Shown: piece by piece, positions 1 to 12,999 of the stretch
How the letters are laid out: every line of letters begins with the position of its first letter
How positions within the stretch are numbered: the stretch's first letter is position 1
From: Hamiltosporidium tvaerminnensis FI-OER-3-3
Lineage: Eukaryota; Fungi; Microsporidia
Direction: 5' to 3'
DNA length: 64,000 nt
Assembly: GCA_022605425.2 (NCBI GenBank)
Contig: CM061251.1
Coordinates: 941,215-1,005,214, forward strand
Notes under the pieces: generated by a model
The model's database searches: none
Told to the model about the DNA's origin: nothing
Seen by the model: the letters and a program-made list of their open reading frames with translations, nothing else
Made by a program: the position numbers and the translations under genes

Positions 1-2893
1 AATGAAACTTGAAATATTCTATTTAAAACAAGAAAACATTTAATTTGAAACATATTCGATTTAATCTTTGCACGTACTTTTAAAAACCATTTAATAAAAA
101 TTCTAACGATTTTAAAATACGAAGAAAAAAAAATGAAAATTTAAGAAAAAAAATTATATACAATGAATCTGAAGGTTTTTATTTCACAAGTTAAGCCGTA
201 GTTAAAGATTTTGTACAAATTTGGATTCTTCTTTTAACTATTTTGCAGTTTTCTTATTTTCTGGATATACATCATACTAAATAGGTATGAAAGTAAGATA
301 TCTTTGAAATAAAAAATAATTGCAATTTGCTTTCTTTTAAAACATTCTTCGAGAATCTTTTAATGAGGAAATATAAGAGACAGCAACGCCGAGAAAAAAC
401 TCATAATATTAGGATATATTTTTCATATGAAGTATTAGAAATTTGTGATAAATTTCATGCTTGAACCTTCTTTAAAAACCCTACACATCGTTCTAAATCA
501 TAAAAAAATTTGGTTAAAAAGGTTTTTTATTTTATAGTCACATTAAAATGAAATTAAGAGGTTTTGTAAGAAAATGTTTGATATTGGTAATAAAGATTTT
601 GTAAAGGTACAGTTTCTAGTGTTTAGTAGATTTCGAATTTCTTTTTTGTTCGAAAGAAACGAAATCACAAATTATTGCAATTTTTATGAAATTAGGTTAG
701 AAAAAATATTTATTTAAAAATAAAACAACTTAATCCTAGAGCCTACATCTAACTCATATATCACAAATAAAAAATGTGTTTTTTTACGTTAACAGAGAGC
801 AGGTCAAGATAAATGACAAGAATAACATATTTGATTAAAATAAATAAAATTTATTAGTTTTTAAACTTTTTCGTCTTAATTTCACCAAATTATTTCATAA
901 TTTTCTTTATGTATACATCTTCATACCGAGTCCTTTCAAATTAGCAGTTGCTTCTATAATTGGGCTCTTTGCTTTGGGCTTATTGTAGTTGTAATTAAAG
1001 TTAATTATATTTTGGGTTATCTAGCAATATATTTTAGGTAAATTCATTCACTTGTTTAGTTAAATCCGACTTTAAAGAAGCTCGATGATTTTTTTGATAG
1101 CACCCTTTGAATCATACTAGTAACACATGTAAATAACCTTACATATGCCTATTTTATAATCCAAATCAGCTTAGAAACTGTAAGAAATAAAAATTAACCT
1201 TTAAATATTCTAATAAAATATATCAGTTGATTGTGGCATATGTTTATATGGCTTCTACATTAAGTTCAATCCTTCAAAATAAATGAAATATTCAGTTTCA
1301 TGCTAACATATTCATAAATAACTTTTAAAAGATGCCACAACATTTAGCCTCCAACATTCATTATAGTTTTTAGTAATTTTTAACATTCAATTGTCTTTCT
1401 TTTGTATTTAAGGAGACAAATCGTAATTTTGATATTATAATCTCTAAACGAACCAACAAAATCATAGAAATTTTATTTGTTGAATTACAATACACGACTG
1501 ATTTCATTAAAAAAATGGTTTTTTAACCTTCTCATTCAATCTCCTTATATTTATATATCAAAATATTATCAATATCTCCTAATTCAAATTAGTATAGTAG
1601 TTCCTCATTATGTAAAGACTTTTATTATATTTATATCTAATTAGCAAAATACATATTAAAAAAATAGTTATCAATTTGGTTTATACTGAAATATATCTTT
1701 TAAAGATTCATTCTATATTTATACTAAATTAAAATTTTATCTATATGTTTTTTTATTCATTGAATTACTTTTTTTGTTAATCCGCATTGCTTTATAAAAA
1801 AGTTAAAGATCTAAGAAAACCAAAAAAATACAGATTCTACATTAATTAAAAATCAGTTGTAGCGATTTTCTTTTATATAGATAAATGATTTAAGCACATT
1901 AAAATTATCATTTACTTAATCTAAAAACAGTTATTGAAATCTGGTTTTAGAATAGAAATAGTATAATAAGAACAAGGTTACCAGTTCGAGACATTTTAGT
2001 ATACTATCCTATTTATTTAATTTAATTCTTTAGATCTTTGCAGTAAGATAGTATATAATTCTGATAAGAAGACTTTACAAAATTGAAAACAATTTAATAC
2101 ATTTATAACTATGACAATTTAAGTTGGTTTACTCTGACTATATTTTACGAAATTAAATATATATTTATATGAATATATTGAGACGAATGAAATCTTCAAA
2201 AAACTGCTTATAGATTGTATTAAACATAATAAATTAATCTCTTTATAAATCTATAAAATATTATCTATTTCAAGAAAGACAAAAGTATTAATTTTCTGAT
2301 AAATTCCATTAAAACTTCTATACATGATAAAAATACCTTTTCAAATGTACATTTTTCTTTCAAATATATTTATTTTTTTTTAAGTAACATAAACAATACA
2401 TTTATAATAATGCCTGGCATTTTGCTCAATTTAAAGGAAGGTAAGTAATTTGAGAATATGTAGAAATCTAAAGTTACGCATAAATACCATATATGATTGA
2501 TGTTTCTAACGATATACCGAGAGCTTTTCTGAACAATTTCACAAAATTTAATACGCCCATATTTAGACTGAACACAAGGTATAATAACCAATATTGCAAA
2601 AACATGTTTTTAGATATCGAGATAAGGTTTTAAGAGTCTGAATATAATAAGTGAACATAAAAAAACATAAAATACCGTACACTCAAAAACTTCCAATTAT
2701 GGTAAATTTTATAAGCTTATTAAGGTTAACCCCTTAAAATCGTATAAAAAGAGGAAATACTTAAATATATATTCCAATGTAACATACTGACAAGATATAA
2801 TGAATTATGAGATAGATGAATATAAAATTTTTAAAAATTCATTAAATAGGAATAAAATTATAGTTTATTAGAAAATAAAATGTTACTTTATTC

Positions 2894-3489
2894 AGAAGAA
2901 GAATAAGATAACACTCATTGAAGTAGGAATCACTTCCCAAGATTCACTTCAAATAGTTGAAACTGAAAAACTTAGGAAGTATGACCTGCTAGCCAATGAG
3001 TTGGGCCTTATTTATAAGTGTAGTGTTGAGATAATCCCTTATGTGATGACCTGGGACGGTATTGTGACAAAATACCATAAATCTCATCTTAAAAGACTAG
3101 AAATACCCATGAATGTAGAAGCATACATTCAGTCTATAGTACTTAAAAAGACAGTCGAAACTATTTCCTTTGATCGACGAAGAGGACTTGAGTCAGGACT
3201 AAATGCCGAAGAGAGCTGGGAGAGAGCGTCAATGGGTGTTATTATGAGATCAGAGATGCATGAGGAACCAATACCCCCTTTAAAAGAAGCGAAAACAGAG
3301 GAAGATGGTGCCAAAAATTTTAAACCAAAATATAAAGCCCCCTTTATTTTACAAGGAGGAACCACTTTAGAGGAACCGACCAATAACATAAATGAAGAGT
3401 CGGATTTGGAAGAAGAGACAAAAGTGGTCAAAGAGGTAGAAGAAAATATGTAAAAATGGTAAAAAATATTTTAACCCAGAATTTTATTA
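2894..3489 (+). mobile_element. 5'-truncated non-LTR retrotransposon, RLE (R2/R4-like) endonuclease C-terminus plus short 3' UTR
   Basis: Frame is open 2872-3453 and encodes KKNKITLIEVGITSQDSLQIVETEKLRKYDLLANELGLIYKCSVEIIPYVMTWDG. This matches the 'IE/DV...EK..KY..LA.EL' signature of restriction-like endonucleases of non-LTR elements; the upstream PD motif and RT domain are missing. GC is higher than the flanks. Flanked by direct repeat ACTTTATTC at 2885-2893 and 3490-3498. Family-D homology resumes on both sides. Confidence 0.9.
2896..3453 (+). CDS. C-terminal fragment of retrotransposon RT/RLE protein (no true start; includes the supplied 150-aa ORF)
   Basis: Uninterrupted reading frame ending at TAA 3451-3453. 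RLE motif followed by an acidic tail (EEPTNNINEESDLEEETKVVKEVEENM). Confidence 0.8.
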   Translation, partial: KKNKITLIEVGITSQDSLQIVETEKLRKYDLLANELGLIYKCSVEIIPYVMTWDGIVTKYHKSHLKRLEIPMNVEAYIQSIVLKKTVETISFDRRRGLESGLNAEESWERASMGVIMRSEMHEEPIPPLKEAKTEEDGAKNFKPKYKAPFILQGGTTLEEPTNNINEESDLEEETKVVKEVEENM

Positions 3490-6400
3490 ACTTTATTCTA
3501 TAACTTTATGATTAAAATAACTAGACTTCTTTCATAAGTAGAAAAACTGCTTACATAAGTGACCACTTAACTTAGTAGATGAATAACAAAAGAATGATCT
3601 AAAAATATAGATAACGGTATATTAAAATATTTTAACGTAAAACATATTAACTATAAGTAGAAATTCTAAATTTAGTAAAAATAAGTAAAATTATTATAAA
3701 TACAATATTAAATTAAAAAAATCTAAAGAAGAAAAATGTTTATTAAAAATAAATGTAATACAATTATTTATTTAGAAGCCAAGGTTTAAATAAAAGATAA
3801 ATACATACAAAAAACTTCAAATTAAACCTAAAAAGGAACTTGAAATAGTGTATTTCAATCTTAAAACCAAATAGCATTTATAAAACTAAAATAAATAAAT
3901 AAAAAACAGAATTGATAAATAAACCATGTTTCGAAACTAACGATTTAACTCTTATATATATACTTTGAAAAAAATGATTAAACTTAAAAACCACAGAATA
4001 AATAAATATTTTGTATCGTATGTAAAAAATATTACAAAAAACTATTAATGTAATACTTTTCAATCAACAATAATTTTATGACTTACTTGACAAGAATAGA
4101 TAAAAAATAAAAAAAATGTAAATAAACAACTTTCTACTGAATAAAATTTAAGGAATATAGTTTTAAAACTACATAGTATTGTAATATTAATTTATTAAAA
4201 ATAACAATTTCTAATTTTAAATAGAATTTTTGTGTATAGAATCAAATAAACCATCTGAAATGATTTTATAAGATGTATATCACATTTATCATGTGTTTGA
4301 AATTGCAATATTCAATAAAACCTGTAAAAAAACTAAAAACATCATAACTAAAAAGTAAAAAAGTTTTTTTTGTAAATATAGACTATATAATTGGGAAAAT
4401 AATTAAAATAAAAGACATATATTAATAAAATTTTAATCTTAAAAAAAAGAAATTATTGAATATTAAAATGAAGAAAAACAGTGTTAATCCAACCATATAG
4501 TTTTAAACAACTGGTAAATCACTGAACAACACATATATATAACAACTTTCTAAATTCCAATATAGTTTTTCAATGTGAAATAACGTAAAAAAGAAAAAAT
4601 AACTTAGTAAATATATTTTAGGTAACATAATAACTTATTAAAAGTGTCATAACTCATTATCTCTGATTAAATATTATTATAACTGTATAAAATAACAAAC
4701 ACAGAAATAATTTAGGTAAAATAAAAATATCATTAAGAGATATACAAGTAAAAAAAATAAATATGTGGGATAAAATTTATAGGGGAATTAATAACTAAAC
4801 AGAAAAATACTTCAAAGAAGTTTGCATCAAATCTCTAAATTTCTTTAAACATAGAGTGTTAAAAGTTTTTTAGTTATTTTTAGAGCAACTATGAAATCTT
4901 AACCTTCATACATTTCTATATACATTTTTTTATATTGTTGGAATCTTTAATACGAATATATGATACTAATAAAAACCAATCAGGTGCCAAAAATAAACCC
5001 TAAATACCAGAAATATTATAATAACATTGAAATGTGTCATATCATGAAAATCAGTTTCTTTTGATCGATTTTTTTGTTAAAACATATACATTTTATAAGC
5101 CTTCTTTTGATTTTGGAATCGATCATTTCACTATATTAAAACCTTCTACTTAAAACTAAACATTTACGCATTGCAAATTTCGAAATATTCGTCCAGATTA
5201 TATCCTAAAAAAACAAACATTATTCATATGAACTTATCAAAGTAATTTGCAAGAATTTTTAACGAGTTAATCTTATATCTGTTAATAAATTTTTCTATAA
5301 TTCTTAATATGTTTTTTAATATATACATTACATGCTGAAAATTAAAAAGAATATATCAAAAAACTTCGAAGCAAGATCAGAAAAAAAGATTGCACCCTGT
5401 TAAATACAATTAATTAGACATCTCTGATATGTCTTCTATAATTTATAGATATTAAAATGTAGGTTTTTTCGAATATATTTTTTATAAATATCACAGTGTC
5501 ACTCAATATCCCGAAACCAGTCAAAGAAAGATAAAATTCATATAAAAAACAAAATTTAAATTTAAAAGAAATTTAATAGGTTGATATAAAACCATTTGTA
5601 ACATCTGTATAAGTTGATAAGAAAAAATTCGTATACTACTTAATTTCATTTTTTTTTCTATTTCAATCTTTTCATATAGTATATACAAAACATATCTAAT
5701 AAGGTTCAAAAACGAAGAGTAGTAAAGTTTAGCAAAAACCTAATTTGAAAAAAACCAGATTTTATAATTATTGATATTTTTGTATAATTTATCAGATTTT
5801 CACGCATATGATTTTTTAAATTTTTTTTTCAAATATTCATATTTTCAATACGACTATATGTAACTATATCGACCGTATTAGAGAATTTATGATCACAGAA
5901 AATTATAAAAATCATCTAGAAATTTTATTTAAAACACAGTTATTGACTTATGACAAAATATTTTGTTATATTCAAAGGAATTTTCAGGTTTTTAATCAGT
6001 TATCTTTTAAATCTTTTATGAAAAATTTTGAAAGGCTTACACATTATATACAAAATAGGTTAACAAAGAGCAAAAAAAATGTATAAAATAATGTCTTGGA
6101 AGATTGTAAAATTTTATTAAAAACACAATTATTTGTTTCTTTAAGAGATATTTCCCTGTATTTCTAGTTGTTTTAAACTATTTGAACATATACTTTGCCA
6201 TAATATTTTTTGATAATTCTCAATTAGTTTCATATACCATATACAAATATAGAAAGAAAAAAATCAAAAAAAACAGGATATGAAGATAGGCATAAACTTA
6301 ATCAAATTTTATAACAAATATTCGTATTATTCTTACTTTTTTTAATAATTTTAGAGTTTTTCTTTTTTACACAGTATTTTTTAAATTAAAAATCATTAAT

Positions 6401-9400
6401 ACTGCTAGATGTAACTTCATTAAGCCTAATAAAAAAAATCAAGCAATATGAAAACCTAATAAAAATTACTAGATTTTATTTTTAACTATGGGAAAAATTA
6501 TTCCTTGGTCTCAGCTATATTCCTTCTAATTATCAGCAAGAACATATGCATTTTCGAATTATATTTTTCATATATTCATACTACTATATGCAAAACAAAT
6601 AAAACATGTATGAAAAAATATACTGAAACGAATTTATAAAAAATATAATGTAAATTTATATGATAAGGATACCTTCTACTTATGATATACTGATATATCA
6701 TATTTGCGATGTTTTAGAAATACAATTCGGTATTATTTTGAATAAATTGTTTTCTTCTTCAAAATTACTTCATACACAATATACTATGCATTCATGACAA
6801 ATTTGCTAAAAAGAAATTTAGAAATTTACTTTCAGAACATCGAAGTTTATTCCAAATGGACTTCGTAGCTTATTTTAAGACAACTCGATAGATTAATTAG
6901 ATTTTGTTGCATACCTTTAATTTTTTTTCGTTGATTTTTTGTTAATTTACAAATCTTGAAATATTATAGGTATATATGCCTTAAAAAATCCAAAAAAATT
7001 GATACTCAAAAAATTCTTCAAAATGACTTACGATTATCATAAAGCGTAAAAATTTGCTTGCCGATCGTATTTTTATATTAATCGGAGCTTTATTCGGTGT
7101 TTAATTGTGTATTTTTACATCTAGATTTTTTCATAATTCTGTGATCTTTGAACAAACATATACAAAATATATCAAGCAAGTTTGTTAAATAGGCAATAAA
7201 AATTGAAAAGAAACAAATAGATTTTTTAGAAGACATTTATATAAACAGTAAAAGTTTAATGAGATGTATTTTTGGAAATTTCTAGGCATATAGCCGATAC
7301 TATTTTTACCCCAATTTTTTTTTTGATTTTTTTAAATCTTGTGTAAGACTATACAAAATCCGATTAAACAAATCCAAAAAAAATTAAAAATATATTGTGA
7401 TACATCGAATCTTTAGAAGCTATATGTAATATTTTTGGCAGTCTTTAGTTTATAAATTATATATAATTTTGTTTAATTGAATTTTTGAATTTATAATAGA
7501 ATATATCAATAATAATCTTAAAAAATATCAAAAATTTAATAGCAAGCTAAATTTATTTTTTATAAATGATTTAAAAGCGGTAAAATCATACATTATCTAT
7601 TTTCAATACTTTTCATCAATCAAAGCATTATTATTTTTATTTTATATTTGAGGATAACATTCGAATCGTTCTATATAGTATATACAAAATGTAACAAATA
7701 TTTTTTAAAAAATTCAATACGAAAAATGCAAATAAAATATGTTAAAACTCGATAAAAACATAATATTAATGATTTTTTAAGAGCATATATGAACAGTGGT
7801 ATATTTTTATGGTAATAGTTAAGGTATTTAGTAAACATTATAAAATTATGTTCGTAAAGGTTAATAGTAAGTTTTTGGAGGTAGAGATTGTCATAAATGA
7901 AAAGTAACACTTTTATTTACTTATACCCATATGATTCTGCGAAACAAAGAGTAATTTTTAAAGTTGTCTATTAAATTAATAATTAAGTCTATATTGGTTT
8001 TTAATTAACAGATCCGATCTAAAAAATTTAATAGTTAAATAGTAGAACTTAAATTAAAGTAAAGAACAGGTAATTTAAATTTTAAACCCCTTTCAAACTA
8101 TATCATTATTTAAACATTACCCTTGAATTATATTTTATTAGTAGGGTTATTGCTATAATACACCATATTTTAAATACAAATCTTATTTTTACTATTTTTG
8201 TATAATTTGTAAAAAAGCCAGTCTTAGGTTGATTTTGAAGAAAGGAATTTATAAAAAAAGTAAATTTATTAGAATAAGAATGGCACCCAGTATATAATTC
8301 TTTGAGAGTGTCAAACAAATAAAAGAATCAAATGTATGAAAAAATATAAGAAGGTAGAACTTTTAATTTAAAAACATAAAAACTTCGTTGATTATAGCTT
8401 TTCTAATATAAAATTATAAATTGAACTAAAAACGATATTTAGTGGATGTTGGTTATTATTTTTAATCATACATTTCATGCTTTTTATTGGAAGAAATATT
8501 CTTAATGTTTTGGAAAAAAATATTCTCAAAGATATATATATTTGTGAACTGGAAGCGAAAATTTAAATGTGGAAGGTTCATAAAAGAATGTAAATAAAAG
8601 ACTATGAAATGCGCCAATTCTTAAATATAAAATATACAACATTTAATTAAAGAATGAATCGTATTTTAAAATAGTGTTTTGAAAAAGTTATTTTCTATAT
8701 TGATATTATTTAAGTAAAATTTTTATTCCCTTATTTTAAATTCTAAATTTCTTACCTTTATTTCTAAGCTAGGTTATAAGGATTTGATTCATGAAGAGAA
8801 AATAGTATAGTGTTTAGATTCATAAGTGTATTAATGGCAATAATTATTCTTTAGTTTACGAATCCAAACCTTCGTAATTTAAACAAAGTATCAGTCTTTG
8901 AACACAATCAATGATAGTAACGAATATGTATAGATTTATAAAAACTATATGCACCTAGCACTTTCTCATTTAAAAAATATTAAAGATGTAAGTGAACGCG
9001 AAAAGTAACTTGTAAATTATAAGAAATTATTAGATTAGGGAGCGTGAAAAATAAATTGTTTCCATGAAGACAGTACTATTTAAAATAAAGATATTTATTT
9101 AATTTATAAAAAATGTTTTGAAAAATTGATTATTTTTACTTCTGTATAATTTTAATTTTCTGTGGTCTTTTCATAAGAGGATATAAATCATTGTATATTC
9201 TAGGGTTTTAGGGAATGTAAGACTATGAAAGAAGTAGAATTTCTATAATACAAAGAGTTTATAAAATGATAGCTTTAATCTCATAATGCAAGAATCAATA
9301 TTGCTTATAATTACTAATTTATAATAAATTTAGTCGAGAACTCTAATCCATAGAGTAAAATCATAATGGATATGTTCTTTTGGATTGCAAGTGTTTAAAA

Positions 9401-10249
9401 AAAATTAATTAAACCTATATGACGCATAGATATATTCAAACGATTATATATTATAATCTCGGTAGTTTATACTTAGCTTTTAAGTTTTTCTACATTGTAT
9501 TAAGAAGACTAAAAGCTAAAAAACATTAATTTACATTGTGAGTTTAACTATATTTTGAAAAATGAATTTTTCTTCAAATTTTTTTTTTCAAGAAAGGGTT
9601 TAAATTAAATAATCCATTTTCTTGAATATGCTTCTTTAATCATATATCAATATTAAAATGGATCAATAGACAATACGAAAATAAGATCAAGATAGGTTAG
9701 GTATTTTTTTATAAAAATATATGTGCCTTAATACATATAAGTCTACATATAAGATATAAAATATGTAATATTTTTAATGCATATTGCGAATTTTAGTATT
9801 ATATGTACTCACTTTGAAATTATGAAAAAAATATAACTATTCATATGATATATACTATAAGAAAATTTAAAAGCAGTACTATAGAGTAACATAGAAATGG
9901 TGGTAAAAAAATATTTTGTTATGTTTTTCTCAAATATATACAGAAAAATATTTTACTGCAAATGCATGCTCTCAAAATATATTCCTTTAAAGAGTTTTCC
10001 AACAAAGCCAAATATTATATTTTATTTTAACTTAATTTTAGAACTATTTAAAGTAAAAAACATTAGAAACCTGAAATTTGGTCTTTTTGCTGCTATAAAA
10101 TTAAAAAAATAACAACAGAAAAAAAATTGTGTATATAATTCCTTCTAAACTTAAAAATAAGATTTTATTCATAAAAGATTTTGAAGTAAAAGGTTCTAAA
10201 TACTTAGTTTAATAAATATTACAAGTTTTTATAGTTTATATGCTTTGAT

Positions 10250-11280
10250 TAAACATTTGTTTTTCTTCGTACTATATATTATCTTAATTGTCTCCTTAAA
10301 ATTTAACTACCCTGGCTTTTTACTATCGTATAATATTTTCGGCTGCCAAATGTTGTCGATACCAATTTTTTTAATTATAAAACATTCTGTAATTTTTATT
10401 TTACTTCTATATCAATTCGCCTATTCGATGAATATTGACTTAATCGCAAAAATGCATGCCGTTACTTTTAGCTCATTTTATGAAATAGTTTCAGCTCTCT
10501 TAGTTCATTTAGAATATTTTTAATTCAGTTTGCTGTATGATTGAGATAAATGCTTGAGGTATTTAAAAAAAAAATTTATAATCAAGCTTATCTCTAAATA
10601 GATATTTAGAGTTTTTTCATCGTGCTTTTATAGTATTTTGTCCTGCCCGGTAATTTTTTCCAATTAAGAGTTCCATAAATATGCTCATTCATAATGAATC
10701 ACTTAGGAATAGTAAAGCACCGCCTGTATTTCTCTTCAAAAGTATGAAAGAGTATCTTGTTGTGTGAATTATAGCATTCTTACAATAGTTTTAACATCAG
10801 ATCGTAAATTATGCATTTCTATTCATTTGTTAAGGGTTTGACAGAATGATTTAATGTGGTAACTATTTCGATGTATGATTAACACATCCGAGAATTTCTT
10901 AAATATATTGACCATACATCTGTTTTTAGATTAGGTTTTTATCTAGTGACTATGTGCATAGCAGGTATCTAAGAGTTAAATTAATGGTATCAATAAGTTA
11001 TTTGAGAACATTCTATTACATTGACTCATAAAATTCAAAATACCTATGATAATTCTAAATTTTTAGTCTTTCTGTCTGTCTCTAATAAATTTATATAATA
11101 TTTACTGCAGAACGACTTTTAGTTTTTATGCCCAAAATTTCTCATTCTTCTGCCATTTCCGAGAATTTTTACAGACATATGCCTATTATTTCGAGCTTAT
11201 TATAGTCTTTGGAATAAGTTTGTTATATAATAGTTATAGATTGTGCCGGTGAGGGTATATGTATTTTTTAGACTTTTACG
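10250..11280 (-). pseudogene. Degraded coding-like relic (unidentified)
   Basis: Modestly raised GC and purine-rich minus strand. Fragmented frames only. Confidence 0.2.
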
Positions 11281-12999
11281 CTTTTTTTATAAACCTCTTG
11301 AAAAATACGTCATTCAAAAAAAGCAACTTTTTTTACTAAAATATTTCTTTGATTGACTTTTACACAAATTACAATATGAATTTAACAAAATAGATTCCAA
11401 CTATAATTCTTCCAAATATAAAATCTATTATATTAATATACAGATTTTCTAGCTCGTTACATCTACTTTAGTAGTTAATAATGACAAAGATCATCCTAAG
11501 GTTTGTATATACATGATTCTTTTAAGTCGAAATGATATTGAACATATATTTTGATATTCTCCCGAGAGTTTCTTATTATGAAATATTCATAACAATTATA
11601 CCTAAAAAAATATGTTTATGAAAAAAAAAGTAAGGTAATTTTTTAATACATTCTAAACAACAGTGAGAAAATTAAATACTACTTAGTAGAAATAAAAAAC
11701 ATTATTTTTTAACTGATAGATACAAATTATTTATTTCTTAATACTTCAAAAATTAAAAAAATTTATGAAGAAAGTAAGATTTTTAGATGCAAGTTTTTTA
11801 TTAGAATATAATTTTGAGAAGAGAGAAAAAAATTAATAACAAGTATTACTAATAAATATAAAATCTAAAAAGAATAATTTTCCGAGAATGTTAAAATATC
11901 GATACATGAAAATATATGAAGAATACATTCAAACAGTCAAGGCATCAAGTTTAAAGTAAAAAATTTCTTCTTAAAAAGTTTATTACTTCTTACAATATTC
12001 TAATTTCTATATAACACATAATATGTTAGAAAGCTATTATGATCTAAAAAATAAAATATGTTTTTAAATAGATAAATCAAAAGTCTTAATAAATTTCTAA
12101 GTCTGCTTTGAAATATTAAATATCAGAAATAAAAATTTTTAAAAAGCCAAATAACTAATAAATGTATTCCATAAGCGAGCGCTTAATACGTTGAAAACTT
12201 GTAAGTTCATTCTAAATACGTTATAGATATAGTAATTTCTTCTTATAACTATCTAAAACATTTATAACTCAAAATTTAATCTATAACATAAAGCTAAGAT
12301 TTCCGAGAATAAATATCAAAATATAAATCTAACGTTATAAAACTAAATAAAGAATATGATAGCAGGATCCAAAGATTATTACTTAAAACCGAATTGCGTT
12401 ATAAAGGCGCAATTATGGGTATAAGACGTAAATCATATTCTGCTGTACATTCAATATAGTTCAATAAAAACGCTTTTCCCAGGGCAAACATTACAATCTA
12501 TCTATTTTTATCAAATCGCTTAGATAACAAAAATGCTTTTCGGATAATTCCCTACAAAAATAACGAAAACAACTCTTGAAGAGAATCAAATAGAAATAAA
12601 TGTTTAGAATTGCTTAAAATAAAAATATTTAAAATGGTAATAAAATAATCTAATAGCTCACTAAAAAACATTTCTAAAGAGAACTACCGCTATAAAAAGA
12701 ATTATTTAAATTTCGCCTATTCTGTCCGTTCATAACTGTTTAAAGCAAAAGAACTAAAATTATTTTTTTCGACTTAATTCTACATAATAATTATAATGAC
12801 AAAAATTTTCAGATTTTAACAAAGTAATACAATAACAAAATACACATAGTTAATTTTTTTATTAACTTTACAATATTGTTACAAAGGATATTCTTAAAAA
12901 TTTAAATATCTTTTATACATTTATAAAAAGCTATAGCTTATCATATTTTACTCTTGCAAATTTTCTAAGAAATTAGAATTAGCAATTGGATGAAAATTT

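Larger units (their letters stand above)
2885..3498 (+). repeat. 9-bp target-site duplication ACTTTATTC (2885-2893, 3490-3498)
   Basis: Identical 9-mers bracket the retroelement. The uninterrupted paralog has a single ACTTTATT at 45545-45552. Confidence 0.8.
715..3750 (+). pseudogene. Family D copy 1 (unknown protein family, degraded, interrupted by retrotransposon)
   Basis: Shares ordered anchors with the other copies: GAGCCTACA (~739), CCCTTTGAATCAT (~1103), GTTGATTGTGGC..GGCTTCTACAT (~1226-1260), CCATATTTAG (~2557) and the 24-bp core at 2686-2709. + strand peptide patches LEPT..SYI, PFES, VDCGICLYGFYI. Many stops and frameshifts. Strand inferred from purine skew and fourfold-degenerate variation. 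Confidence 0.7.

Noticed and set aside
3129-3431. 100-aa minus-strand ORF
   Set aside because: Antisense shadow of the retrotransposon reading frame.
10900-11200. Kinase-like words on the minus strand (YNKLEIIG, KTDVWS)
   Set aside because: No HRD/DFG/APE motifs and spacing too short; probably chance.
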